Positions 47,187 through 56,864 of a stretch of 64,000 nucleotides of DNA are shown here, piece by piece; within the stretch, counting starts at the first letter, position 1, and the number at the start of each line of letters is the position of its first letter. Source of the stretch: a virus (lineage: Duplodnaviria > Caudoviricetes). The position numbers were made by a program, and so were the translations under genes. A model generated the notes under the pieces. That model was given only the letters and a program-made list of their open reading frames with translations, was not told the origin of the DNA and ran no database searches. The stretch spans positions 96,001 through 160,000 of the IMG/VR virus record IMGVR_UViG_3300020576_004755; one strand, 5' to 3'.

Positions 47187-47684
47187 CTATTCCCAAACTT
47201 TGTCTCTGGTAGAAAGAAACTCATGGTGCTCTTCAATAAAGTCATCAAAGAAATTCAAGAGCCTTGGACCAAGATGCTTCTTATGATGCCTGCCAATTCT
47301 ACTTCCTGTTATCATTTCAAGTCGAATCGTTGAATCATTAAGCTGCATTGTCCAGTCCTCAATTTGTTCATCGGTAAGTTCATCCAATGGACTGTCAGAA
47401 CCTCCTCGGATAAAAGACTTCGTGACTCTCTTGTAAGAGTCTTTGTGTGCAGAGTATTGGTACTCAATTGTCCCAATGGAATAATTCATTGTTGTTGTCT
47501 TCACATCAACAAAGAGATCTATGGGATTCATGGCATATCCATGATGGATTGAAGCGTCAAGTTCGTAATAGTAGTAAGGCACAAAGTTAGGATCTGCCTT
47601 GGCTAACGCAGTTTCTTCTTCCAAAGATCTTGGAAGCCTGCTTAGCTTCTTGATATCGAGGTATTTGTTGACTCTGATTGTCAC
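47187..47684 (-). CDS. MTIR-tag family orphan (GTG start)
   Basis: GTG ACA ATC AGA, GTGA overlap with upstream stop. Confidence 0.7.
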   Translation of the reverse strand: MTIRVNKYLDIKKLSRLPRSLEEETALAKADPNFVPYYYYELDASIHHGYAMNPIDLFVDVKTTTMNYSIGTIEYQYSAHKDSYKRVTKSFIRGGSDSPLDELTDEQIEDWTMQLNDSTIRLEMITGSRIGRHHKKHLGPRLLNFFDDFIEEHHEFLSTRDKVWE

Positions 47685-47986
47685 GGTGATCGTTTCTTGA
47701 TTGGAATGTTGTACTGCTCGCACAATGGGTACAAAACAGGCGAAATCAAGAAGAAGAACAATTCAGGAGAGATTCGTATGTCTGAGAATTCCGTCAAATT
47801 ATACTTTCTTGAACATGGATTGCCCATTGTACCATCAGAAACAATGTGTGCTGTTGTTGACACGGTTTCTTTGGTATACATTCGACTGGTATGGATATAT
47901 GAGTGATACCCGAACGTTAGACGAGGTTTGTTCTTCATCGTTCTTGCGACACGACGATTGGATAGAAATGTGGTTCGAATGGTCAT
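47681..47986 (-). CDS. MTIR-tag family orphan (tandem paralog of 47997-48311)
   Basis: MTIRTTF; GYHS and LCEQYNI shared. Confidence 0.7.
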   Translation of the reverse strand: MTIRTTFLSNRRVARTMKNKPRLTFGYHSYIHTSRMYTKETVSTTAHIVSDGTMGNPCSRKYNLTEFSDIRISPELFFFLISPVLYPLCEQYNIPIKKRSP

Positions 47987-47996
47987 GAAGCTTTTC

Positions 47997-48311
47997 TCAG
48001 TAGTCTAACCTGATGTTGTATTGCTCACAGAGCTTTTGAAGCTCTGGCTTCAAGAAACTGTTAAACATAACGTGTCCAACTCGATATTGGAATAGTTCAT
48101 TGTCAATAGATCTTGTCAACTGCTTATTGGTTCTTTTTATCGGAATAATATAGCAAGTTTTGCTAGAGTGGTTGTTCTTGGTGTGAAGTTCTTCCTGCAA
48201 GAGAGAGTGATATCCATACGTGATAGCAAAAAATCCATTCTTAGACCAGTGCTCATTGTACAAAAGTCTTGCTGTTCTTCTTGAAGAGACAAATGTGGTT
48301 CTAATTGGCAC
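47997..48311 (-). CDS. MTIR-tag family orphan (GTG start)
   Basis: GTG CCA ATT AGA = (M)PIRTTF. Confidence 0.7.
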   Translation of the reverse strand: MPIRTTFVSSRRTARLLYNEHWSKNGFFAITYGYHSLLQEELHTKNNHSSKTCYIIPIKRTNKQLTRSIDNELFQYRVGHVMFNSFLKPELQKLCEQYNIRLDY

Positions 48312-48735
48312 GCTTTTTATTATCCCTGTTGTAGTCATCAATGAACTGCTTTGTTTGCCGTTTAAGGAATTTTGAGTCTACAAAAGTGTCATAATGGATC
48401 AGACTGGCTAAGTTTATCTTGCGTCGATATCCGCTGTAGTATAGAAAATAAGAATCTGTATATTGAATAGGCATTCTTGACGTTGGTGCCCATTCAAGAT
48501 CGTTAACCATGACATGAGCAATTCTATCAGACAGCCATGAATCAAACAGATCTCTCTGTTTTCGATTGAGGAACTTGTCGTATTCGGTGTTCTTGAACCA
48601 TAGCTTTTTCAAGAATGGAAACACGTAGGCATACGAGAACCAGAATGCATAGTAATGAACGAACGATCTGGTTCCAAGACCGATCTTGTTCATGTTGATT
48701 AAGCTTTGCGCTGTATTGTTTGATCGAATGGTCAT
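48301..48735 (-). CDS. MTIR-tag family orphan
   Basis: MTIRSNN. Confidence 0.7.
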   Translation of the reverse strand: MTIRSNNTAQSLINMNKIGLGTRSFVHYYAFWFSYAYVFPFLKKLWFKNTEYDKFLNRKQRDLFDSWLSDRIAHVMVNDLEWAPTSRMPIQYTDSYFLYYSGYRRKINLASLIHYDTFVDSKFLKRQTKQFIDDYNRDNKKRAN

Positions 48736-48745
48736 ATGATTGTAC

Positions 48746-49156
48746 TCATACTGGCATATTCTGTGTATCAATGTCAACTTCTTCCATCATTTTCATAACG
48801 GCATCAACAGCAAATCTTCTCTTGTGCTTGTTTGCATAGATGAGCAAGAGTGCTTCTGTTGTTTCTCTGTAGTCGGCAGCAAAGCTATAAGATGGTCCAT
48901 GGTTATTGATACCCTTTGTCCAAAGGTCTTCCATGAAGAAACGCCGAGGATCATCTGTTGCTTCCATTATGAATCCTGTTACCACGTCAATATAGGCATT
49001 TGGAGGCATACGTCGCATTACACGAAACTCATGACCAACTCTTTTGGTCGGGATATTCCAACGAAATAATGCGCGAGCACGAAACGTAGTGCTGCCATAC
49101 AAGAAGACGTTATGACGAGCGTCGGATATCTTGTACTTGAAAGTCGTTCTCATCAT
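48746..49156 (-). CDS. MTIR-tag family orphan (divergent)
   Basis: starts MMRTTFK. Confidence 0.65.
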   Translation of the reverse strand: MMRTTFKYKISDARHNVFLYGSTTFRARALFRWNIPTKRVGHEFRVMRRMPPNAYIDVVTGFIMEATDDPRRFFMEDLWTKGINNHGPSYSFAADYRETTEALLLIYANKHKRRFAVDAVMKMMEEVDIDTQNMPV

Positions 49157-49581
49157 AATGGCTTGATTCTTGGATTGCCATTCTCGTCAACAAGACTTTC
49201 TTTCGACAGAGCATGTTCTAGATTGTAATCATAGAGAACCTTGGCAATTTGGACCAAAGCAGTTGCCGAAGTTGACTTGAGCATTGTTGCAGGGGCGTGG
49301 GTTCTCGACATAACGTAACTGTATTCTGACGTCTTCGATGACCAGTTAGCTCCTACAACTCCTGCAATTGTCATGCTATGCTGACCGCCTCCAATAAGCT
49401 TTACATCTTCAAGACTCAGAAGCATATCGGCATGAACAAATGCCAGAGCATTAATGTGTGCCAGTTCTTTCTTACCAGGGAAAACGGGAACCTCTTTAAA
49501 CTTGGCATTCATCGCATCAATGATATTTTCCGGTCCCATGAAACGACTTATTATTACTTTGATTGTATGACGCATTGGCAT
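49153..49581 (-). CDS. MTIR-tag family orphan (variant)
   Basis: starts MPMRHTI. Confidence 0.65.
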   Translation of the reverse strand: MPMRHTIKVIISRFMGPENIIDAMNAKFKEVPVFPGKKELAHINALAFVHADMLLSLEDVKLIGGGQHSMTIAGVVGANWSSKTSEYSYVMSRTHAPATMLKSTSATALVQIAKVLYDYNLEHALSKESLVDENGNPRIKPL

Positions 49582-49589
49582 AAAAAATA

Positions 49590-50060
49590 TTACTCTTCTT
49601 CTTCTGTTTCTGGATATATGGTACCGTAGGTTAAAACATTATCAATGGTTCTCTTGTACCTCTTGCCGAGAATATCATTCTTTAGATTGCAGAACATAGG
49701 AACGAACACTTCTCGTGACCAGACTCTTGAGGACCACAAACAACCCTTTGCACTTGGCTCCAAGAGAACCTCTGAACGATGAATTCTGAGTTCGTTGTTT
49801 TTGTGGTTTATCTTGTTCCAGTCCGTGAACGTTACATGCACCAAGGGAACGTTTATCTTGTGAGCGTACTTGTATTGGTTGGGGTTATCAGGAGAATAGG
49901 GTTTGCTGCCACGACGTTCGCTTCTAAGGCGCTTCAACTCCTCAGACGACCGCTTGTACTGTCCAAAGGTTACAGAGCCTTCTAGGGGATATAGATAAGA
50001 CCCTTTCTTTGTTGATGATGATGATGACGGCTTCTCATGGAGTAGAATGCGAATGGTCAT
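49590..50060 (-). CDS. MTIR-tag family orphan
   Basis: MTIRILL, ATGA overlap. Confidence 0.7.
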   Translation of the reverse strand: MTIRILLHEKPSSSSSTKKGSYLYPLEGSVTFGQYKRSSEELKRLRSERRGSKPYSPDNPNQYKYAHKINVPLVHVTFTDWNKINHKNNELRIHRSEVLLEPSAKGCLWSSRVWSREVFVPMFCNLKNDILGKRYKRTIDNVLTYGTIYPETEEEE

Positions 50061-50404
50061 TTTCCAAAGATATCCTTTTTCTTTCGCTCTTGAAAGTTTG
50101 AAAGAATGGAGCAGATCTCTTTGTGCATGACAATTTCGTTGCTGCACATTCCAAATCCGTTTGATTGGCTAGTAACAGTCATTTCAAAGAACTCTTTGTT
50201 TTTGCCATCTCTTCCCGTTATTGATATTGACAAGGGCATTGAGATACGTGCAACGCCCAGGAGCGAATATGTGTTATCGTTCTCAGATTCATATGACCAA
50301 AAAACAACATGCCTTACTGAATAAGGATCGGGAGTATGCAGATCCCATGAAGGGAGCTTAACAGTCTTCATCAAGGGTTTTTCTATGGTTGTTCTGATTG
50401 GCAT
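50057..50404 (-). CDS. MTIR-tag family orphan
   Basis: MPIRTTI. Confidence 0.7.
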   Translation of the reverse strand: MPIRTTIEKPLMKTVKLPSWDLHTPDPYSVRHVVFWSYESENDNTYSLLGVARISMPLSISITGRDGKNKEFFEMTVTSQSNGFGMCSNEIVMHKEICSILSNFQERKKKDIFGK

Positions 50405-50405
50405 G

Positions 50406-50699
50406 TTATCGCTTTGGATTGAACAATCCGACGAAAGGATAGTCTGTGTTTGGATAGAAAATATGTTGGTTTCTGCTGGCAACAGACTTCTTGAACGAAT
50501 CAACCTGATTGCGCTGACGCTCTCGCATATTATGATATGCTGCAAGCTTACTATAGCCGATCGAAAATCTCACGGAATTGAAGTCGTCCCAATAGAACCT
50601 TTTCTCTCTCCCTGCTTGTTGGCGAAGAGTTAGTGAACAAAGGAATATGTTCACAATAGAAGAGTGTAATTTGGTTATGCTTTCTGTTCTGATTGTCAT
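50406..50699 (-). CDS. MTIR-tag family orphan
   Basis: MTIRTES. Confidence 0.7.
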   Translation of the reverse strand: MTIRTESITKLHSSIVNIFLCSLTLRQQAGREKRFYWDDFNSVRFSIGYSKLAAYHNMRERQRNQVDSFKKSVASRNQHIFYPNTDYPFVGLFNPKR

Positions 50700-50755
50700 A
50701 GACCTACATCCTACCATTTCAATGGATCCAAATAAAGATATTGATCTATTATTCG

Positions 50756-51331
50756 CTATACAATCTCATTTCTCATCCTACGAAGTATTTTGTCCATTCT
50801 TTGATGCATATCGATTCTACGAGCAAACTCTTCTTGGGACTTTGCTATGTCAATTAGCTCTTCTGTTTCTCTGGCAGAAAGAACAAACCTGCTTTTGATT
50901 ACTATGGTTCTTGTATCAGGGTCAACAGTTATAGCGTTTCTGCTTCTGGTCTTTAGTTTTTGCCCACCCAACTTCCTTATCTTTTTGGCAGTCATGTAAG
51001 TTGTTGCAATCCCTGTACGAGATACTATCGTTTTTGCCAATATATTGCCTGTGTGTCCAAAAGTGTAGTAAGTCTTGTGGAAATCAAGACTTTGGATTGG
51101 ATCGGATAGATAGTCCAAAACGTTCGAAACAACAGATGCGCCAGGCTTCATACAATCAAACATTGCCTTCCAGCGCAAGACCATTGTTGTTGCTTCCTTT
51201 TTTTTGCCAACCCTTGTGTTGATATAGAGACTCTTCGTCATGTTGAAATTTCCCCATGGACGATTGAAATATCTCATATGCTTCAAGCCAAGATACATCT
51301 TGCCTGTCTTGTGAGTTGTTCGAATTGTCAT
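50756..51331 (-). CDS. MTIR-tag family orphan
   Basis: MTIRTTH, ATGA overlap. Confidence 0.7.
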   Translation of the reverse strand: MTIRTTHKTGKMYLGLKHMRYFNRPWGNFNMTKSLYINTRVGKKKEATTMVLRWKAMFDCMKPGASVVSNVLDYLSDPIQSLDFHKTYYTFGHTGNILAKTIVSRTGIATTYMTAKKIRKLGGQKLKTRSRNAITVDPDTRTIVIKSRFVLSARETEELIDIAKSQEEFARRIDMHQRMDKILRRMRNEIV

Positions 51332-51642
51332 GGCAATCTTCCTTCTCTCTCTATTGTGTTGATGAAACTCAAAAGAGTTACATTTCTGTTTTTGAATGAA
51401 TGCGAGTGAAAGTAAATGGAAGCCAAGTTGTCTTGGTACAGCATTCCAATGTGATACCAATACTTCCCTGATTTATAGGGTCTTAGCATTGCTTGTTTGT
51501 TGGTGGTGAAGTCCCAACTTGTTGGAGATCCAAACATGGCAAGCGTTACGTGAACATAAGGGTTTGAAAGACTCTTGGAGATTCTCTTGCGTTCAGCAGA
51601 AGGAGACTTGAATGGCTTGTATTGTCCTGTACGTATTGTCAT
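51328..51642 (-). CDS. MTIR-tag family orphan
   Basis: starts MTIRTGQ. Confidence 0.7.
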   Translation of the reverse strand: MTIRTGQYKPFKSPSAERKRISKSLSNPYVHVTLAMFGSPTSWDFTTNKQAMLRPYKSGKYWYHIGMLYQDNLASIYFHSHSFKNRNVTLLSFINTIEREGRLP

Positions 51643-51914
51643 AGCTGTTGCTCAGCGATATTGTCCACAGGTTTCATTCCAAGGATTGCACGAGCTTCGT
51701 TTCTATGTGCTGTACTCTTCCAAGGGCTTAGATCAAGAGCACCGTAGTTTTGATCAACGTGTATGACTCTGAGAACAGAACTAACATACATATTGCCATC
51801 ATAAATACGGAGAAACCTAGACGATTCGTCTGCGTCGATAATGCAAATGCATAGATTGTCAAAATCCCATGGCATGTATCCTCCCGGTGAGTTTATCTGT
51901 CTTCTGATTGCCAT
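51639..51914 (-). CDS. MTIR-tag family orphan
   Basis: starts MAIRRQI. Confidence 0.7.
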   Translation of the reverse strand: MAIRRQINSPGGYMPWDFDNLCICIIDADESSRFLRIYDGNMYVSSVLRVIHVDQNYGALDLSPWKSTAHRNEARAILGMKPVDNIAEQQL

Positions 51915-51934
51915 TGTTTGTTGTTTTCTTTTTT

Positions 51935-52429
51935 CTACTTTTTATGTGCGCTGCGCGGAACGACAATCTGATTGTAATAGTCGTACGTTATGGAAAATGG
52001 AATTTGGCAGCAGTTCTCTTTCAAGAAATCGAGTACATATTTGAACAACCTTGAATCCGAGTCAATTCTGTCAATGCCAATCAAGCTATACAGTAGTGCA
52101 TCATCTGACTGATGAAAACAATAAGCTGCCTCTATAAACGAGCCATATCGACTAAGACACCTTAGATGAGTTCTATATCTTAGAGAATGAGAATTGGGTT
52201 CTGATACCATAAAATGCACAAAGTTACCAGAAGCGTGCTGATACTTTGCTAAGTCTTGCTTCTCCAGCTTTGTTAGCTCTGGAGTGAACCACATTGCTGT
52301 CCTCCACAGATATTTGACTTTGCTAATGAAGGCATGAATCGGCGAGTTCACCTTGCTCTTAGGAATGCCAAGGTTGTCAATCACAATCAGATGATTGTTG
52401 TCTTTATGGTTTGATACTCGTATTGTCAT
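51935..52429 (-). CDS. MTIR-tag family orphan
   Basis: starts MTIRVSN. Confidence 0.7.
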   Translation of the reverse strand: MTIRVSNHKDNNHLIVIDNLGIPKSKVNSPIHAFISKVKYLWRTAMWFTPELTKLEKQDLAKYQHASGNFVHFMVSEPNSHSLRYRTHLRCLSRYGSFIEAAYCFHQSDDALLYSLIGIDRIDSDSRLFKYVLDFLKENCCQIPFSITYDYYNQIVVPRSAHKK

Positions 52430-52695
52430 TTGTCCAAATCCCTTCTTGCTTGTTTCAAGATTGGATCAATAACTCTGAGCTTACAATCTAGACCAAAGAA
52501 ATCAACAGGAACTCTAGACATTCTGAATTTTAGACCATAGGCGTGTCTGATGTTCGTTGTTACTTCGTAATGTATTGAAAAGTTATCGTTTATAGGACCG
52601 ATGCGCAATCGTCTTATGACATAAGACAGACTCTCCGTACGAAACAATCTTACAGACTGCTCTGTGTTGATCCAGTCATTATGACGGATGGTCAT
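52426..52695 (-). CDS. MTIR-tag family orphan
   Basis: starts MTIRHND. Confidence 0.7.
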   Translation of the reverse strand: MTIRHNDWINTEQSVRLFRTESLSYVIRRLRIGPINDNFSIHYEVTTNIRHAYGLKFRMSRVPVDFFGLDCKLRVIDPILKQARRDLDK

Positions 52696-53096
52696 AGCTT
52701 CTCACCACACTCCATCTTTCTCCACAGCTTGATTGCATGTTGATTGGCAATGGAAATGTTGTATTCGGTTACAGTCTCTTGCGAGAGCATCCAAGACTTG
52801 TTGACGCGATCATACGAACCAAGTTGAAGTCTGTAGATAACCCAAGCCGGATCTGTGTTATAGCTCATCCACGCATGAGGAATGTTTGTAGGATTGGGAC
52901 TAACATTATAGTTGTGAACCTGTGGAGGAGGAGAATGACGAGTTTTATTCTCACGACAACAGACAATCTTCAACTTGTTCATTTCTTGCATCATGGTGTT
53001 CATCGAGGAGCCCCATTTTGTTGGAGATGCTGCCTTTGAGAACTTCATGTACGAAAAGGGATATTGAATAGCAGGGATTCTTTGTCTAATGGTCAT
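52692..53096 (-). CDS. MTIR-tag family orphan
   Basis: MTIRQRI, ATGA overlap. Confidence 0.7.
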   Translation of the reverse strand: MTIRQRIPAIQYPFSYMKFSKAASPTKWGSSMNTMMQEMNKLKIVCCRENKTRHSPPPQVHNYNVSPNPTNIPHAWMSYNTDPAWVIYRLQLGSYDRVNKSWMLSQETVTEYNISIANQHAIKLWRKMECGEKL

Positions 53097-53407
53097 AGTT
53101 CCCACCATCTTGGTCGTTCTCCAAGCCCATATACAATATAGCTAACGTGCTCCTCGATGTAATATGGCACAGAATGTGCGTAAGCCGCAGTCATGAATCT
53201 TGGAAGCACAGCGGGATCATTTTTTGTGGACGAAAACTTGTTGAGGATTGCCTCACGATAGGAAATGAATGTGTTCTTTATTGGCAGCTTGGTAAGTGCA
53301 TCTATTAGCCATGGCTGTGACGATTCCAAAAAGACTGCCATACGCATCTTTGATGCGTTGTATATTCTTTGTTGCTGTTGCTGTTGCTGTTGTCTTCGAA
53401 TGGTCAT
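53093..53407 (-). CDS. MTIR-tag family orphan with polyQ
   Basis: MTIRR followed by Q9. Confidence 0.7.
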   Translation of the reverse strand: MTIRRQQQQQQQQRIYNASKMRMAVFLESSQPWLIDALTKLPIKNTFISYREAILNKFSSTKNDPAVLPRFMTAAYAHSVPYYIEEHVSYIVYGLGERPRWWEL

Positions 53408-53423
53408 AGGGTTTGTAACTCCC

Positions 53424-53453
53424 ATTGTATAGAGAAAGATTCAAACAATAAAC
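53424..53453 (-). promoter_or_regulatory. GTTTATT-class promoter
   Basis: GTTTATT-N17-TACAAT. Confidence 0.65.
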
Positions 53454-53464
53454 ATAACCAAACA

Positions 53465-53830
53465 TTATGCTTGTGGTACGTCCATCATCATTCTCGTATA
53501 TTCGTGCGCGAATTCATCGAAGATTCGTTGAAGCCTCTTGTTGTCCTTGTGAAATCCTTTCAATGAGAGATCGAAAGAGATAACCGAAAGAAAATGAGAA
53601 ACGAACTCTTTCGATCCTGAATAGGAGCCAGCAATTCTTGTTGCACTTTTTTTTGTTTTGCTTCCCGAAACGTTGACAAAAACATTGCCAATAACAATAA
53701 GCTTGTTTGTTCTAAGCCAATCAATCTGAGTGCCCACCGAGCAATGGATCGCGTTAAGATAGCCATGATAGGGGAAATAGGTATAGCTATCAAGAGAGGC
53801 ATTCTTTTTTATGCTTGAACGTATTGTCAT
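53465..53830 (-). CDS. MTIR-tag family orphan
   Basis: MTIRSSI. Confidence 0.7.
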   Translation of the reverse strand: MTIRSSIKKNASLDSYTYFPYHGYLNAIHCSVGTQIDWLRTNKLIVIGNVFVNVSGSKTKKSATRIAGSYSGSKEFVSHFLSVISFDLSLKGFHKDNKRLQRIFDEFAHEYTRMMMDVPQA

Positions 53831-53840
53831 AATGACTTTT

Positions 53841-54221
53841 TCACCAATGAATCGTTCCCGTTTCAATGATCTTGTCGAAGTCTGTTCGATATTCATGAAT
53901 AGAACCCATTCTGAGACAGAGAACAGAAAGAATCTTTTGTGCGCTCTTAACCCTAGCTTTTCTAAAATGCCAAGATTGAATATCAAGATAGAGCATTCTG
54001 TGTCTCATTTCGGTATGTGTTGTGCCTGTGAATATGTTGGTGTAAATCTCTTGTGTGTAGACTGTCATGATCTTGACAAAGCTTTTGCATTTGAATTGTG
54101 ATCGGGTCTTATCAGAAATAGGAGCATACATAGACTTTCTCCAAGACTCATAAGTTTCCTTCAAGATCTTGTCGGTAAGCTCCATCTTCTTCTTTGATAT
54201 AAGCTGTACTCGGATTGTCAT
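53841..54221 (-). CDS. MTIR-tag family orphan
   Basis: MTIRVQL, ATGA overlap. Confidence 0.7.
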   Translation of the reverse strand: MTIRVQLISKKKMELTDKILKETYESWRKSMYAPISDKTRSQFKCKSFVKIMTVYTQEIYTNIFTGTTHTEMRHRMLYLDIQSWHFRKARVKSAQKILSVLCLRMGSIHEYRTDFDKIIETGTIHW

Positions 54222-54487
54222 TCGCGTATTCCTCTTTCGAAGTCTTTCCACAAAAAAGAGACTTTATCATTTGAGTCTACCGACTTCTTCCGCGAGAAGA
54301 AGTATTCGGAGCTTTTGTTGTAAGGAAACCATGTGATTAAATCTATTGTGACCAAATGATCAGGAAGACCAATATGAGAACTACGCAGCGTGACAATCTT
54401 GGGAGATCCAATTGGGTTATATGGATTGCCATGTACATGCTTTGTTACTTGGTCCAAGTCAGAAACGTAACTTGCTCTGATTGTCAT
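54218..54487 (-). CDS. MTIR-tag family orphan
   Basis: starts MTIRASY. Confidence 0.7.
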   Translation of the reverse strand: MTIRASYVSDLDQVTKHVHGNPYNPIGSPKIVTLRSSHIGLPDHLVTIDLITWFPYNKSSEYFFSRKKSVDSNDKVSFLWKDFERGIRE

Positions 54488-54738
54488 AACTCACCTTTGC
54501 TTATCCGATGCCATATTTCTATTTCTCTTAACAAAGCAATAGTATTTGCTAGGCAAGGACCGAAAGAAAGATTGGAAACGGCATTCTTATGACGTGGAAC
54601 GTCCACGGCATCAAACATGACATATGCACTTGTTGTGTTTCTTGATTCATAATAGATAACGATTACAAATCTTGTTGTACGATCCCATCGCATACGCTCA
54701 TAATCAAATGGCGTTAGATGCCTGACTCTAATACTCAT
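54484..54738 (-). CDS. MTIR-tag family orphan
   Basis: MSIRVRH, 11-nt overlap. Confidence 0.7.
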   Translation of the reverse strand: MSIRVRHLTPFDYERMRWDRTTRFVIVIYYESRNTTSAYVMFDAVDVPRHKNAVSNLSFGPCLANTIALLREIEIWHRISKGEL

Positions 54739-55282
54739 CGATAAGTTCTCCTTCTCGTATTCTACGAATATCTGGACAACTCGTGTTTTGTATACGTCTT
54801 TCTTTTGGTACCACGACATTATTGTAGCGATCAGGACGATGATAGAATGTATAGGCAAAAAGTGGTGGACGGCTTCTGTGATCCTCCAATTCTATTTCAT
54901 TTGGTGAATGACAAAAACACATTTCAAAACCATATTCTTTCACGATACCAAGAAAGAGTTCATGAACTGCCAACGTTACTTTTCTGGTAAGTTCGACAGA
55001 GTTTTGAACCAGTTTGTAGTGAACAACTATATTGTTTCGCAGAGAATTTGCGTCTGTCTTGGCATAATGCAAAATTGCATCTTCGCCATACTTTTCCTTT
55101 TTTACAGATCTAAGGCTAGGAGAGTTGTAAAACGCAAGTTCATAAGGATATGTGTCTGTATAATGAGCGGAAGCGTGAAGGGCATAATGATACGCCTGAC
55201 CAGCATAAAATCCAAACTCTAAATGAACATAGGCTGGCGCTGTTATGTCTTTGACATAAGATTTTGAAGCTCTAATGGTCAT
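54728..55282 (-). CDS. MTIR-tag family orphan
   Basis: starts MTIRASK. Confidence 0.7.
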   Translation of the reverse strand: MTIRASKSYVKDITAPAYVHLEFGFYAGQAYHYALHASAHYTDTYPYELAFYNSPSLRSVKKEKYGEDAILHYAKTDANSLRNNIVVHYKLVQNSVELTRKVTLAVHELFLGIVKEYGFEMCFCHSPNEIELEDHRSRPPLFAYTFYHRPDRYNNVVVPKERRIQNTSCPDIRRIREGELIDEY

Positions 55283-55610
55283 CTAGGTGTCTCCAAGACT
55301 TGTTGTAAATCTCTTCATAATGGTAATGATGAAACTTCTTTGGAAGCGGTGGAGTTGGAATGTTGTAGCCCTTGGGGAAATAGTTTCTCATGCGAAGATG
55401 AATAGCATCTTGCCAGGGATAATCCTTAGAATCTTCATGCCACTCTCTTGTGAACTTAATACCAATCAAAAAGAATGCTGCTGTTTCGTATAGTCCCTTG
55501 ATTGGACCCCAATGAGCCATTGCTTGCCAGTAATGACAATGACAGACTCGTGTCACAATATCAAGGCTGTTGCCATCAAGGCTGTATAGGAGTTGGGTTC
55601 GAATGGTCAT
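55272..55610 (-). CDS. MTIR-tag family orphan
   Basis: starts MTIRTQL. Confidence 0.7.
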   Translation of the reverse strand: MTIRTQLLYSLDGNSLDIVTRVCHCHYWQAMAHWGPIKGLYETAAFFLIGIKFTREWHEDSKDYPWQDAIHLRMRNYFPKGYNIPTPPLPKKFHHYHYEEIYNKSWRHLDDH

Positions 55611-55618
55611 GAAAGGGT

Positions 55619-56041
55619 TCAGCTTCCCATTAGGTCTATCAGCTTCATTGCTGACTGATCGTACAAGACTTCAACGTTACGTCTGTTGAGTTCCTCCAAC
55701 AATCCTGTTGTTTGATGCGGAGACTCCAGCAACGAATCCAATATATGCATTTCTGCTTTCTTAGAGAACTCAAAGGATTTTGGTTTCATTAGCCTAAGAC
55801 CAACCAACATGTACTCCACGAATTCTCTCAAGGTCTTAATCTTTTCTAAAGAAGAGAACGTATATCTCACATGATATACGTCAGCATACACAAGACCCAT
55901 TAACTCAACAGCGTGAGGCGTATAGACAACAAGCTTAGGCATTGTGTTGACACGCAAGCCTTCTGTAGTCCTCGTAGGATGAGGCTTGCTTCTCTGTGTA
56001 TAGACAGGAAGATCTGATTTGAATGTTGTTCTAATTGCCAT
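55619..56041 (-). CDS. MTIR-tag family orphan (paralog of 33504-33950)
   Basis: starts MAIRTTFKS. Confidence 0.7.
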   Translation of the reverse strand: MAIRTTFKSDLPVYTQRSKPHPTRTTEGLRVNTMPKLVVYTPHAVELMGLVYADVYHVRYTFSSLEKIKTLREFVEYMLVGLRLMKPKSFEFSKKAEMHILDSLLESPHQTTGLLEELNRRNVEVLYDQSAMKLIDLMGS

Positions 56042-56333
56042 ACTGGTAGTATTCCGTTCTCAACTTACGAAATTGGCTTCTTTGTGCATCAGATATCCGA
56101 TTATCATCTACACCCCGACGCCAAAAGAAAATACGTTCAGATGGATTTGGGGCTTCTGGTCTATCGTATACGCAGATACCATATCGATAGTCTAAAACCC
56201 ACGAAGAGGGGTTCCATATTATAAAAGGCATTCCAAGACGAGGAGGATAGGGACGACATTCAACAATAAGAGACTTAGCCTTTTTTATTGTCTCTGTTGG
56301 AATCTCGGATTTGAATGTTGTTCTAATGGTCAT
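56031..56333 (-). CDS. MTIR-tag family orphan
   Basis: starts MTIRTTFKS. Confidence 0.7.
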   Translation of the reverse strand: MTIRTTFKSEIPTETIKKAKSLIVECRPYPPRLGMPFIIWNPSSWVLDYRYGICVYDRPEAPNPSERIFFWRRGVDDNRISDAQRSQFRKLRTEYYQYGN

Positions 56334-56604
56334 TTGCTTCTATCTGTATCCATCTGTCTGTGAAAATGCGTCCACCTGAATGAACAGAAGCATCTGGTTC
56401 ATAGTCTGGTGAGTTCCAAGAAGGTGCGTACTGCCAACTAGGATAAAACTTGAACGTCGTCTTGTAGACCCAAGGAAATTCAATTGGGATGGTCCATGTA
56501 TACGCAAACCATCTGTTTTTTCCAGCAGGCTTGCTATATTTGTCCAGAAGCGCAACAAGTCTCATCTTTGAGTTGTCAGACTTGAATGATGGTCTAATTG
56601 CCAT
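56323..56604 (-). CDS. MTIR-tag family orphan
   Basis: starts MAIRPSFKS. Confidence 0.7.
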   Translation of the reverse strand: MAIRPSFKSDNSKMRLVALLDKYSKPAGKNRWFAYTWTIPIEFPWVYKTTFKFYPSWQYAPSWNSPDYEPDASVHSGGRIFTDRWIQIEANDH

Positions 56605-56860
56605 ACTTACCTGCCTCTACCTCATGCCATTTCTTTATTTTTTCTTCATCTATTTCGATCCGTTGAGCAAGTCTTTTCTTGTGGCTAAAGTAGAACCTTT
56701 CGTCGAAGACTTCTGGATATCCCTTGAACAGTAAGTCTTGATGCATAAAGCGTTCGTCAGAAATCATGGAACCGCCAATCGTCGCTCGGTAGAGAAATGC
56801 TTCTTTTGTTACAATACGAACTCTGTTGTTTGGACTCTTGAATGTAATTCGAATGGACAT
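56594..56860 (-). CDS. MTIR-tag family orphan
   Basis: MSIRITFKS. Confidence 0.7.
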   Translation of the reverse strand: MSIRITFKSPNNRVRIVTKEAFLYRATIGGSMISDERFMHQDLLFKGYPEVFDERFYFSHKKRLAQRIEIDEEKIKKWHEVEAGKYGN

Positions 56861-56864
56861 ACTC

